From positions 1-55,831 of the IMG/VR virus record IMGVR_UViG_3300030419_007944: DNA of 55,831 nt. One strand, written 5' to 3'. The notes below the pieces were generated by a model that had not been told where the DNA came from, made no database searches, and saw nothing but the letters and a program-made list of their open reading frames with translations. This stretch comes from a virus (lineage: Duplodnaviria > Caudoviricetes). Shown one piece after another: positions 1 through 11,800 of this stretch. The translations under genes were made by a program, and so were the position numbers. The stretch's first letter is position 1. The number at the start of each line of letters is the position of its first letter.

Positions 1-2136
1 GGTTGGGGATCTATCATTCTCACCCAAACTTCTCTTGGGAAAAACAACTTCTGCCTCTAGAGTGCACGCAGCGCCGGAAGCAAAAGTAGCAGAAACTCCA
101 GGTATGTATGACAAAGAATTGCTATCATCAGAATCATAGTATTGATAGGCCGTCGCACTATAGGCGCTTGCAGGCGAGTTCGATGCTGTAAGTCTGGTCT
201 CTAAATCATCAAAATCAATATATCTTTTTCTTATTGATGTGTGAACATGATTATCTTTTAATTCGTATACGTCGTCTCTACTGTAAACATTTAATTTTAC
301 TAGCTCTTCGTCGACACCAAAACAACGCAAAAAATTACGAAGAGATGTAAAAGTACCTTTAGATTTTTGAATAAAAGATAAGTTATTGTAGATATTTTGG
401 TAAATAATTCTCTTTACTTCATAAAGCTTCTTTTCGAATAATAGTTTTTCATCGCGCTCCAGGTACTGTGCTAAAATAGATGCTTGTTCGAACAATTCTG
501 GAGCGTCATATCCCTTGCTTGTTAAAAGCCTATCCGCAAACGGCAGAGGCTTTTCATAATCATCATCATAAGGATAGTTTATATCTTTTAGCCTGGGGAG
601 CTTCTCAATCTGAAGGAAAAAGTCATCAAAAAAGCTGGCCATTACTTGGGTTAAGTACTTAAGGTGTTTAGACTTCTTCTCATCTTCTTCTACTATCCAA
701 GATGGCAATGATTTATAGATTGAAGAAATATTTTCAAAATCATGCATTGACCCAGTTGCCCTCTTACTCTCATAAAGAGATGACACACTAGGGTGGTACG
801 AATAGACGATTGGATCCTGAAATTCTTTCTGTGCTGCATTGGAAAGGACGATTGCTGAGCCTGTCGATCTGGATCTGGAAGTGTTATAATTTACAAAATT
901 ACCATTCGAAATCCTTCCGGAGTAATCTAACACAGTTGAATCTGTTGCCGATACTTCTGTTATCCCCTCGTTAAATTTGTAATATACGCCTAAATCAACA
1001 TAATTTGTCACTTCATCATGCTTGTCATTATCGGTATTTGTTCCTCCACCAACTTGATCTAGATAAAATCGTCCAATCTGTTGGCTGTTGCGAACAGTCT
1101 TCCAGTATCTAAATTCATCAAATGATGATGATAGTACATTGCCCCAGCCGACGTCGGCATATTTACCAGTCGCCGAAGACGATACAAAGTGGGCGCGTGC
1201 GCCTAGAGCGCCGACCATCGCACCATCGAACGCATTAACTGTATCGCTACTGGTTTGCTTCGACTTGTGTATGCCATCAACATATAAATTAGAGACGCTT
1301 TTGCTTCCTAGCGTCTCGAAGGTTACAGCGTAGTGACGCCACTCACTATCAGCGATATTCGCCAAGCCTGTGTCGTGAGTAATTGCTATAGAAGTGGAGC
1401 CAGAATCAACTTGTACATATATGTTTCCGTCGCGACTACCTTTAGAATATATTTCGAAATTTGAATATGTAGCAGCCGTAGATCCAGAGACCGCAGAATT
1501 GAAAAGATACTCTTTTCTATCAGCTCCTGTAGACACCCACCCCTCTTTTTTAAGCCAGAATTCAACAGTTATGCCTTTTCCGGGATCAAATTCTAAATTA
1601 TTAGTTCTCTGGCTAGCAGTATGATAAATATTGGCCTTAGAGATGCCATCTTTTGAGGGGCCAGCGCCGAAATCGCTTTTATAATCTCCATCTGGGTCGG
1701 CGTTGGGGCCACCTTTTATAAAAATATACTCCGGAGCTGACGAACTTAATATACTATTCGAAACAGTGGCTGAGTGTGAGGAGGAGCCGCTGTTAAAAGA
1801 AACAAAACCATTTGTTCTAGGATATTCATTTTCAAATATGAATAAATCTAAGTAGCTGCTTTCGTTTTCCCACTCAATTTTCTCTGCTTGTGAGCCGTCG
1901 TAAGGATAGGTTTGATAGATTCTTTTTATGGAATCTTCATAATATAATTCTGCCAAGCCGAAGCGGGCGAAATTAGATGCGGTTGTGAAATCTACATCTG
2001 GGCGAAATCGGCGGCGTCTCTTTGAATAGGCATTGATATATCTAGAAGATTCTACATCCTCTCTTAAATCATCCTTGGTCTTGTTCCTTATGTGTTTTAA
2101 AGAATGACCTTTTTCAAAAAAATCCTTAATGCTCAT
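1..2136 (-). CDS. Large virion structural protein with a LamG/concanavalin-like domain; 3' end runs off the window
   Basis: Not in the ORF track. I read ATG at 2136, giving MSIKDFFEKGHSLKH...RFRPDVDFTTASNFARFGLAELYYEDSIKRIYQTYPYDGS. The frame later reads TVEFWLK, DEFRYWK and LGVYYKFNEG...VLDYSG, which are LamG-like motifs. It lies downstream of the baseplate genes. Confidence 0.75.
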   Translation of the reverse strand, partial: MSIKDFFEKGHSLKHIRNKTKDDLREDVESSRYINAYSKRRRRFRPDVDFTTASNFARFGLAELYYEDSIKRIYQTYPYDGSQAEKIEWENESSYLDLFIFENEYPRTNGFVSFNSGSSSHSATVSNSILSSSAPEYIFIKGGPNADPDGDYKSDFGAGPSKDGISKANIYHTASQRTNNLEFDPGKGITVEFWLKKEGWVSTGADRKEYLFNSAVSGSTAATYSNFEIYSKGSRDGNIYVQVDSGSTSIAITHDTGLANIADSEWRHYAVTFETLGSKSVSNLYVDGIHKSKQTSSDTVNAFDGAMVGALGARAHFVSSSATGKYADVGWGNVLSSSFDEFRYWKTVRNSQQIGRFYLDQVGGGTNTDNDKHDEVTNYVDLGVYYKFNEGITEVSATDSTVLDYSGRISNGNFVNYNTSRSRSTGSAIVLSNAAQKEFQDPIVYSYHPSVSSLYESKRATGSMHDFENISSIYKSLPSWIVEEDEKKSKHLKYLTQVMASFFDDFFLQIEKLPRLKDINYPYDDDYEKPLPFADRLLTSKGYDAPELFEQASILAQYLERDEKLLFEKKLYEVKRIIYQNIYNNLSFIQKSKGTFTSLRNFLRCFGVDEELVKLNVYSRDDVYELKDNHVHTSIRKRYIDFDDLETRLTASNSPASAYSATAYQYYDSDDSNSLSYIPGVSATFASGAACTLEAEVVFPKRSLGENDRSPT

Positions 2137-2158
2137 GAATCATCCCAACTGTATATAA

Positions 2159-3676
2159 TTAATTACTTTCAACTCTAAATTTAAACAGTTCTTCTTGCTC
2201 GCGCCATCCATCTGAGCCGTGATACAATAACTTAATTGCATACATATAGCCAGCTTCTAGAGTCGACATGTCTAAATCAAAATAGCTACCAGAATTATCG
2301 TATGATAGGTAAGTATGATACTTTGCACTAGAAGTTGAATTATTGATAACAGTAGAGTTATCAACAACACGAATAATTTCAAAAGAAGCGCTAGGGATTG
2401 TGGTTTTTTCTATCTCCTTGGAGGCTACAGTATAAAGAGTTGGAGAGAAATTTCTAGGCCTTGTAAATACTCTAAACCTTGCCGTCTCTTGATTGCTATA
2501 GCTCGATTTAAGGTTTGTTACTTTTGTTACATATTGATTAAAATCGTCAGATAACAGTACGGAAGAAGAATTAAAGTTTTTAACAGATATTGACCCTGTC
2601 TTGTATTCTCCACCAACGCTACCGGACCATATATCATGAAGAACAGAAGCAGTCGTGTTTAGATACAACTGCGCTTTATAGACGCCGGTACTCACCTTAG
2701 ATGCAGAAGCCGAAGCTAACACCGCGCCGGCCGGGGCATCTGATACGCTCCCGTATAATTTAACTTTAATTGTCTCAGTGTGAGGTATATCCTTGAGTGA
2801 GCCGCGAATATAATTATAAAGATAAAGATTGTTTAAGTTCTCATTTGCTGGCGCCATGCTTGAGCTAGAATAGAAGTTGCCGCGGTCGTCCATTGTTCTA
2901 GAGTCCCAGCGCGCTTCAATAGTTGGCCTTTTAAAGAAAAATTCACTTGTCCTAGAAAAAAATCTTTTTGTATAAAAACTAGTCTTTTGACCGACAGTGT
3001 TGTGTAGTAGAGAGCCGCTATCAGCACCGGAAGAGTTTGACACATAAGCTTCCTGGCTGGAAGTTAGAAAAATGCCAAACCCATTGTTGTCTTGATTCCC
3101 CGCTAGCCATTCTTCTATCGCATCTGTCACATCAACAAGCAGGTCTTCATCGCCCCCAGAAAAAGAAGCTGTATAGTTAGGCATGCTAGATCCAGAAGTG
3201 TAAGAAGAAGAGTGAAAGTCTCCACCAACTTTAACCCAAGCTGTTGATTTTTCTCTGTTAATCCAGTTCGATCCTTCTATATAGTCCTTGGTTTTATCTT
3301 TGTAGCCCTCCATGTCCAAGCCATAGCCTTCCTGCCAAGATTGTGACACGGCTAAGACATTTAATGTATAGTCTCTTGGTAACTGTTCTGTGTGTCTGGC
3401 GTTGAACATCCTCAAATAGAAACTAACACTTCCAGAGCCTGGTATTGTTCCAGCTTCACGATCAGATTTTATACTATCCGAGCCTGTAACTTGAAATTTT
3501 ATAAGTGTTCGAGACAGCTCGGCAGATGATGTAGTGTCGCCATGGCCATAAATAGAAAAAACCTCTAGAATATCTGCAGCGCCCATGTTAGAGCCGGTAC
3601 CACGAGTAGATAAATCTACAGTAAAGGCGTTTGTTATAGTATTATCTTGTGTGGCAAAATATTTTTTAATTCCCAT
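2159..3676 (-). CDS. Putative virion structural protein, baseplate-associated (505 aa)
   Basis: Ser/Thr/Gly-rich, beta-strand-like protein translationally coupled to the baseplate wedge gene. Confidence 0.6.
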   Translation of the reverse strand: MGIKKYFATQDNTITNAFTVDLSTRGTGSNMGAADILEVFSIYGHGDTTSSAELSRTLIKFQVTGSDSIKSDREAGTIPGSGSVSFYLRMFNARHTEQLPRDYTLNVLAVSQSWQEGYGLDMEGYKDKTKDYIEGSNWINREKSTAWVKVGGDFHSSSYTSGSSMPNYTASFSGGDEDLLVDVTDAIEEWLAGNQDNNGFGIFLTSSQEAYVSNSSGADSGSLLHNTVGQKTSFYTKRFFSRTSEFFFKRPTIEARWDSRTMDDRGNFYSSSSMAPANENLNNLYLYNYIRGSLKDIPHTETIKVKLYGSVSDAPAGAVLASASASKVSTGVYKAQLYLNTTASVLHDIWSGSVGGEYKTGSISVKNFNSSSVLLSDDFNQYVTKVTNLKSSYSNQETARFRVFTRPRNFSPTLYTVASKEIEKTTIPSASFEIIRVVDNSTVINNSTSSAKYHTYLSYDNSGSYFDLDMSTLEAGYMYAIKLLYHGSDGWREQEELFKFRVESN

Positions 3677-5472
3677 TATCTAATGGTTCCCTTTATATCC
3701 GAATTAGAATATTTTAGCTCATAAATTACATTTTCAGGAGCATACAATATTCTCCCATCAGCAGAAATATATTCCGAAAGATTCAAGACTTCATCAGAAT
3801 ACAGCCCGCCATTAACATTTTCTATCTTGACGTTGGTGACGTCGACGACTTCTTCCAAATTGTTTAATTTATCATATATGTTAGTTATATAGACGGGCTG
3901 GCCGATGTCTAGTTTTTGAGCAAATATCTTCTGCACTTCGTCAATAGCGGCATTTAAGGCTTCTAGCTTGTCCTGGTCGTAATTCACAACTGCGCTAAAG
4001 CTAATCTCTATATTTACAATGCGCGCGTCTAAAATATCGATAGTATCATTTATCATCTTATAGTTGTTAAGCCATGCCTTCAAGTTGTTTTTCAACATTG
4101 TACTGCTAGTAGATAAATTTCCACGAGCATCCTGTGACAAGACATATAAATTTAAATTTCTTTTAAACGAATCATGATCTCTCACAAGTTTTGCTCTTTT
4201 AATCTTTCCAAATTTAGCTGGCATTCTGTAAATCAACGCCTCATAGTCGGATGCTGTCACTGCGCGACTTTGCGTTGCAAATACATCATTTATCCTCTGT
4301 TTAAGCTCTGGAACTGTCGGCAAGCTCACGTCTCCCGTGATCGGCTCTTCGTTTGTTACTTCTAGGCTATTCTTTGTATAGTCAATCTTCGATGCATCAG
4401 TTGCCGCCCCCTTGAAGACAAACAGAGGCTGCCCTATCTGGTTTAGCGCTGCTGTCGCGACATTGACATTATCGACGTTAGTGGTGCGATATACAACACG
4501 CAAAGATGTATTCGCTGGCGCAACGCCAAACTTATCATTTTCTAATAGTTTTGATGGATCAAAAGTCAAAGAATTTTCATAATCTTTACCATGCATCTTC
4601 AAAACAACATTAGAAGGATGTGTAGTGTTGTCTGTCTTTAGAGAGGACTCAGAGCCATATCCGAATTTAATAAATATTTGCCCATTTCTATTAAACGTTG
4701 TGAATCTTCTTGGTGCCGAGGTTGTTACTAAAATATTAGGAACTTGATCTCTGGTATCTGGGTCTTTATTTACTACTGTTCTGAAAATTGTATCTTGTGA
4801 TAAATAATCTACTTCATAATATTCGTGGCCATCGTCGTCCGTCACGGAGACAATTTCAGTAATATTATTGTCTGTAATGGGTACGGTTAAAAATCTTTGA
4901 AAATCTCCAACAGATACACTTTGTTCTTTTGTTTCTCCGGAGATAACCCTGCCGTGTGCCTTAACTGCAAAAGAAGTTGGCGAGCCATCATCAGGATCCG
5001 CTGTAGCAACAACAATCTCATTGTCTTTATTGGCGAAATCTATATCTTCTATCAAAGAAAATACCTGTCCTGATGTAGACGAGAACCGACTACCATGGGC
5101 GAGAACTGGCAGATAGTCAGTATCAGGGCCTGTGCCATTGGCGTCCGATTTCACTAAGATATACAAAGTCACCAGTCCAAAAGAATTTGCTTTCAGAGGC
5201 TGCTTGTATCCAGCCTGCTCGCCCAGTCTTACTATGTTGTCATATTCTGCAGCTGTGTCCAAAAAGGATTCGTTTGCTTGATAATCTAGATAAAAAGATA
5301 GCACATCTCCAACATATGACACAGTATCCAGCATCAAAGAGCCGAAACTAGCTTCAGAAAAATCCTTAAAGACATCTGGATAATAGCGCTTTGTATAATT
5401 AACCAAGCCTTCCTTGATCGAGCTAAAATCTCTATCAGTATATCTTATAAGTTTTTTATCTTTTTTTGCCAT
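3676..5472 (-). CDS. Baseplate wedge subunit (T4 gp6 / baseplate J-like)
   Basis: N-terminal YTDRDFSSIK...DFSEASFGSLMLDTVSYVGDVLSFYLDYQANESFLDTA and C-terminal QSRAVTASDY are typical of gp6-like wedge proteins. Adjacent to the gp25-like gene. Confidence 0.85.
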   Translation of the reverse strand: MAKKDKKLIRYTDRDFSSIKEGLVNYTKRYYPDVFKDFSEASFGSLMLDTVSYVGDVLSFYLDYQANESFLDTAAEYDNIVRLGEQAGYKQPLKANSFGLVTLYILVKSDANGTGPDTDYLPVLAHGSRFSSTSGQVFSLIEDIDFANKDNEIVVATADPDDGSPTSFAVKAHGRVISGETKEQSVSVGDFQRFLTVPITDNNITEIVSVTDDDGHEYYEVDYLSQDTIFRTVVNKDPDTRDQVPNILVTTSAPRRFTTFNRNGQIFIKFGYGSESSLKTDNTTHPSNVVLKMHGKDYENSLTFDPSKLLENDKFGVAPANTSLRVVYRTTNVDNVNVATAALNQIGQPLFVFKGAATDASKIDYTKNSLEVTNEEPITGDVSLPTVPELKQRINDVFATQSRAVTASDYEALIYRMPAKFGKIKRAKLVRDHDSFKRNLNLYVLSQDARGNLSTSSTMLKNNLKAWLNNYKMINDTIDILDARIVNIEISFSAVVNYDQDKLEALNAAIDEVQKIFAQKLDIGQPVYITNIYDKLNNLEEVVDVTNVKIENVNGGLYSDEVLNLSEYISADGRILYAPENVIYELKYSNSDIKGTIR

Positions 5473-5474
5473 TA

Positions 5475-5870
5475 TTATGTAATGTCCTCAGCGTATAATG
5501 TTAAATCTGCTTCTAAATTTAAGCTTGCAACTTCGTATCGTATCTCAATAGACAAAATTTGAGAATCCAAAGCTTCATCCGGCTGCAATCCAGAGTCGAA
5601 ATGCATGCTCTTTATTCTAACAAAGGGCATATATCTATCGATCTGTTTTTTTATTCTCTGCTTTATCTTAGGAATTACATTAACCTTGGGTTCAAATAAG
5701 AAATGCTTGAGGCCTACGCCAAAGTCTGCATTCATAACGCGTTCGCCAGGTGAAGTTAATAATAGATTTTTAAAATTTTGGTGAACCTCTTCCTTATAGT
5801 TCTGTACTAGAGAATAAAGTCCATTTTTTTCATCCCGACTTAGAGGCAGTGTTGGGCCTATACCGTTCAT
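5475..5870 (-). CDS. Baseplate wedge protein, GPW/gp25 family
   Basis: NLLLTSPGERVMNADFGVGL motif; 131 aa. Confidence 0.9.
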   Translation of the reverse strand: MNGIGPTLPLSRDEKNGLYSLVQNYKEEVHQNFKNLLLTSPGERVMNADFGVGLKHFLFEPKVNVIPKIKQRIKKQIDRYMPFVRIKSMHFDSGLQPDEALDSQILSIEIRYEVASLNLEADLTLYAEDIT

Positions 5871-5885
5871 TGTTCGTCCCTCTTA

Positions 5886-8800
5886 TCATAATTCGTCTTC
5901 ACAATTTGGATTATCCTCATCGGCGCCGGTATCCATGGCGTCATCCTGTTGTTCTTCATATACACCTATAAGTAGTAACGCAATATAAATCATACCAGGA
6001 ATGGTACTAGGTGGTCCGACGCCTGTAATGAAGAGAGGATTAACAGGTGGCATGCCGCCGCCGAAGGGCATCCATGTAGGTAGCATGCCAGCCCAAAGGC
6101 CAGGGATCATGTAGGGCGATCCGAGAGTATTTTTAATCTTTCTTTTTGTATTTTTAATCTTTCTCTTCATGACAACAATTGTGTCTTGCAATTCTTGTTT
6201 AGTATTCTCTAGATCTTCGTCCAGTTTCAGATAATCTTTTTTCATCTGTTCTAAGGCTTCAACGTCCTCTTTTATGCTATCTATAGTAGTCTTTAGCTCT
6301 GTCACATCAATATCGCCTAGAATTTCACTTGAAGGAAAATTATAACAAGGCGCATCGCCTTCAGCATCAGCACATTCAGGATGAATTATTATCTCCCAAT
6401 CTTTTACGGCGCTGCCGACAATATTTACTGTCGCTATGCCAGGCTGCTGCTTTGCAGGATCTGGCTTAAGTTCTCCGGGAAGATTATCTATGGCCATCTG
6501 TATTGGAATGGCGCCGGCGCTGAGCTGCATCTCTATTTGTCTCTTGGCGTTCTCCACCTTCATAATTGTATTATTTATCGTCTGCTCGCTCAAAGCTACA
6601 GACTGTTCTAGAGCTGCAATAACAGACTCAGATATCGCAGTCGCTATATCGACAACCAGCTTAGCAATCATAACAGCCGGATCTGTAATTTCAACAAATC
6701 CTTTCAAAATATGCAGAGGAGTCATAATAAGAATTCTTAAAATCTGCTTCCTTAGATTGGGGACGTTCGTGTCGACGCCCATGTCTCCTGCTATAGCAAG
6801 CTCCTCCAAGGTTTGTTTTATAGGATCAGGAACAAATTTATAATCAGACGACTCTAGCAAGGATTTTAAAGTAAGCAAGAGAGAATATTTTGTCTCATCA
6901 AGTATATCAGTTGGCTCAGGAATGAACTTAGATAAGCCATCGCCGGCATATAGGAAAGCCAAAGTCATATACCTTCTCATAGGAAATAAATTTTCAAAAA
7001 GAAGTCTAAATTCAGGAGTCGCTTTAAGATTTTCTAGTTGTACCTTGGCTAAGTTTTTATAATAAAATTGGTCTGCAGAGTTAACATAGCTTTGAACAAT
7101 TTTAGGATTGCTAAGCAGCCACTCATGAACTTTTTCTGCAGACGCATCTACAGGCGGGACATTATCTATACGAGGTCCTGCGCCGCCGGTATATCCTCCA
7201 AGATCGTGGGCCCCAGGAAGTCGACCCAGCTCGTTTAATGAATAATTCTTGCCGTCGACATTAAAGCTTCTAGCCAAAGGTATGCCTTGTTCATCAAGAA
7301 AACTCAAGGTGTGTTCTGTCTCGATGATTGGTATATGTATCTCTCTTAATACGCTCTTGCCGGAGAAGTTGTCGTGTGATTCCTTTGTCGTATTTAAGTA
7401 TGGAGCTTGGTTTACAAATGTCTTTCCCCTCTTTATCGCGTCCAAAGACAGCCAGCTATGAAGAGTAGGCCAGAAATTAAATCCATCATCCTGTACATCT
7501 GCGATCGGGCGGGAAGTTATATAGCTCATCCTTAAACCAAATCTAATTTCTTTAAAAAATGGATACAGCCCATGTTCTAAAAATATTAATTTTTTATCAG
7601 GATCGGAATAAATATCTTTCAAAAATACATGTCGATAATAATGATTCCAAACTGAAAATGGCACATAGTCATAAACATGCGCATTATAAAAATTATTGCC
7701 ACTGCGCCACTCTGCATGTATTGGATCGGGCCCGAGTACTGAATCGACGGTGAACTCATGTTGCAAGACAGGATCGTCGCAGGGTTCGCCGTCGGGGCCG
7801 ACCTGCTGATAGACTTTAACGTCCAGCTTTTCACGATCAACAGAAGTTGAGTCGACAATATAAACGTAGGGCTGTATTATGATATTTCCCAATTTTTCAT
7901 TTAATGAATTGCGGATTGTACCATCAAGAAAATTTTCCTTAGAAGATGGTAGAAAATGCCCAAGATATTTTTCTTGAAAAACTCTGTCTTGTTTAGCCAA
8001 TTCACGGGGAGAACCCCAAGAGTCCGGGCGATTATCTATTATTTCATCTCGCAAGGTTTTATTTGGCGTATCCCATGAGAAAGGCTGTCGATCATGGTGT
8101 AAAAGAAGCTCCTTGAAGTTATTCCATCCGACATGCTCCATTGCCTCAGAAGCTTCTTCAACATCTTCGGCAGTGGGGGATCCAACAATAAAAGGATCGA
8201 ATCCGTCAGTGCTAGAATAATCATCATATCGTGTTGCAGAAAAATCTTTGCCGGCTTTTTGCGACCAATGAGGTGCGGCAGACCACGGCCTAGGATGGTA
8301 ATTCAAAGGAAGTGAGTACATATAGTTTTTTTGATTGTTCTTGGAGTTCATTCCAAACAAGTCCGAAGGATTTTCATATACCTCCGACCAGGTGCTGTCA
8401 GAATCAAGTCTCATGGACTGCAAATAAGGATCGCCGTGGGCGTGAACTGCATCTTCTAAGTTTGAATCGCCGATTGTATAATAGCCACCGCGTTTGCCAG
8501 AGCCATAGTTCATTGTATAGATATTTTGGTTAAAGTGCACATCTACAACATAATCATAGCCGCCAAGATAGGGGTCCCAGCCAGTTTTAAGAGAAGTCTT
8601 CCAAGAATCCTCATCAGCTTGGGCTTCGGCTAATCTTTTCTCATTTTTCTTTAAAAAATCTGGATCGGATGTCCGGACAATGTTAAGCTGTAGGTCGGTA
8701 GATAGAGGACTACTATTTGAGAAAATACCTTTTATAACACTAGCTATATTCTCACCTTCTTTACTGATGAGGTATTCTAATCCGCTAGTTTTAGTTCTAA

Positions 8801-11800
8801 GCAGGAAAGACTCATAGTCTGTTATGCCCTCTTCCTTCCTGATAATATCATTAACATATTCAGCTAGAAGTCCTATTTCTGGTATATCTTCCCTTATATT
8901 TCTAATAATAATGCCAGCAATGGCACTATCTTTAAAAACCTCAGAGACATCTATGCTGTCCCAGGAAATAAGGCTAGCCAAGCACATCTCTAAACAATAA
9001 ACTTTAACAAGGAGCATAATAACTCCTTCAATCAAAGATTTCTTTACAGCGTTTTCTTCTTGAGCGACGTCCTCATAGACGTCGCGACAAACGGACTTTT
9101 TATAAAATTTAATTATCTTAGGCTTGACTTCTTTTAAATTAAAAAAGTCTGTCTCGACATTTTCGAGATCTTTTCTGGGGACTACCCCTAATTCGTCAAA
9201 AACTTGTCGACACCTAGGATCGACTTTGCTTTTATTGAGAGGGTTTCTCAAAATCTTCTTCCATAATTTTTTCATAAACTTTCTCTCGTGAAGGCGAGAC
9301 TGGGAAAGTTTAGATAACATCTGATTAGAATAGGCATATTGCAGCGCACTATAGCCGTATCTTGATAAGATAAATTCTAATCTTTTATCGAATACTTCGG
9401 GTGGAGAAGAGTTATATTTTTCAGCAAACTTTCTATATTTATGAGTAAGCAATTTGCCAAATATTTGAGCTTTGAAGTTGCTCTTTACGAGATTGTAGGC
9501 GTTTCCGGGCAGAGTGTCAAGACGTAGATAATCTGTCCCTGCAACGTCCTGGTGGACACTTACTAGATCTCCAAATACATCTGAAATACTTTGCCAATTA
9601 TCAAGTATCTCATCAGTGCTGCTCATTCCTATTTCCTTAAGGAGATCTTGAATATCATCATCTAATTTTTTGGCATGAAGATAATTATAAAGAGGCCTAT
9701 CAAGCGTAGAAGCGCCATCTCGAATGGGATCCGGCGGGAGTGAGCCAACCTCTCCTTGTGCAGATGAGTAACTAGTCTGCTTTAACTTAGACTTGATCAG
9801 CGTGTATGTATCATATATATCTGATTCTTGCCATTCGCGATGGCCATCGAAGTCTGAAAGCATGTTTTGATAAACAAGTTTATGGTCTTGCTGAAGCCAT
9901 TGTAATTGATCGGTGATTGAAATTATATCACTATCAACCGTGTCCATTCCATTGGTGAACAATTCCAGCATTTGGTCCCTTTGTTGAGACGCATTAATTC
10001 CCGCTACCTCTTTTGGCTGTATTTCGGTAAACGGCAAATCATACATAATAACATTAGGATTAAAATTTGCTTTATCCTCTAGTAAAAGCTGATCTTCATA
10101 CGCGTTAGCCACGCCAGGAGAATATCCAAATGATGGAGGATATATTTCAGGCATCTGTAGTGAATCATAAAGTTCCGGATTTACTTTTTTATTCTCCATG
10201 CTGAAATGGCTAGTTAGTTCATCAGCATCTTTATTTAAGATATTATTGGGATCTCTAAAGCCTTCCTCGAACATAACCATAATAGGGCATATACCTGTTG
10301 TATTATAGAAAACAGTCGCGCTGGAGTGGGCGGCACCATCTAGGACGTGGCGAATGCCGTCTTCTGTTGATGCAGGGTCTGTGTCGACCAAGTGTAGCCT
10401 GTTGATTCCTAATCCAAAAATAACTCCTTTTATGGCTGAAAAATTGCTAAACTCTGGAAACATTTTCTCAATCCGCGACTTCTCCAAGCCAGTCGCCTCA
10501 GCGACGGTCAGCTCCATGAATCGTTCAACCAATGTTGTATCTTCTGAAAGGGACTGTGTTGAGCGCACCTGAAGCAGGCGGTCTGCTGCGGCCTTAACAC
10601 CGCGCCAGGAGTCCAAATGCTCCGGGGTGCCAGAACCTCTTTCTAGTGTCTTTGTTTCCTCATCTATAAACGCCCCAAGATACATCTGACACATTGGCAA
10701 CCAATATAGCGGATTTTGGTGAATATCTATTAGTTTTGTATCGAGAGGATAAACTTTATGAAGCCAAGCCTCCTGCATGCCATAGTGATTTTTATTTTTT
10801 GCCTGAATCGCTCCGGAGTCGTCTTTAAAGCTTGTTTCGCCAGACTTGTTTCTCCAGGGTGACACAGGCAGATATTCATACATCTTGCTGTCATTCGAAT
10901 AACCTAATTTCCGATCAAGCCTAAAAACAATATCAGGAGTGTACACAAATGCATCAAGTCCGTAGCGGTCGTCGCCGGTGCCGAACATCGGCTTTATAAT
11001 TTCTCCAAATTGTTTTACTAAAAACGCGCTAACTTCTTCTGTATCAACCTGCGCATCATCGGGAAGCTGCTCGTCTTCTTGTAGGCCATAGCCGCCTTCG
11101 GCGGCAGGAGTTTGCAAATAAAGATCTTTAAGCAAGCCTGCTGCTTTCTTAATATCAGACGGCACTTTCTGCTTCTTGTGATTTGCATCGTAGAGATTGT
11201 AAACACTTTCAATTGTCAGAGGCTTGATGGTGGAAAAATAACGGCCGGCGTTCTTGGTGGAGCTTTGGGATGCGGCATGCTCAAAACGAACATCAAGCTG
11301 ATCCGAAGCAAAACCAGGCATATTCGCGCTTTCAGAAGCGGCATGATTATCATCAGGATCGTTGCGGTCGTATCCATAATGAAAATATTTTCCATATGTA
11401 AGATTATATGTCTCATTAAGGGGAGTTTTAAAGTGTTGGCTAGTAGGACCTGCGTTGCCACAAACATACGCCACGCACTGCTTAATATAAGGATCACTGA
11501 CTGCATCGGTGAACATCTTGTGAGCTTCTCGCATCTCTTCAGGATCTGAGACTGTTAATAAGGCTCGGGGCGGCATAGAGAAGAATCTTAGACTTCTTAA
11601 ATCCTCCATCAAAGATCCCTTTGCGAAAGTTAGTATATTATCAGTCACCCTCTCTACAGAATCCTGAATTGCTTCTGGTAATTGAAAAAACCCTTGAGGG
11701 CCACAAGGCTCGGGAAGCACACCATCAAGCACATTTCCTCCACCGGCATCCGAATTGAATAGCAGACTGGCCATGTCTTTTACGGTATTTTCCAGATCTT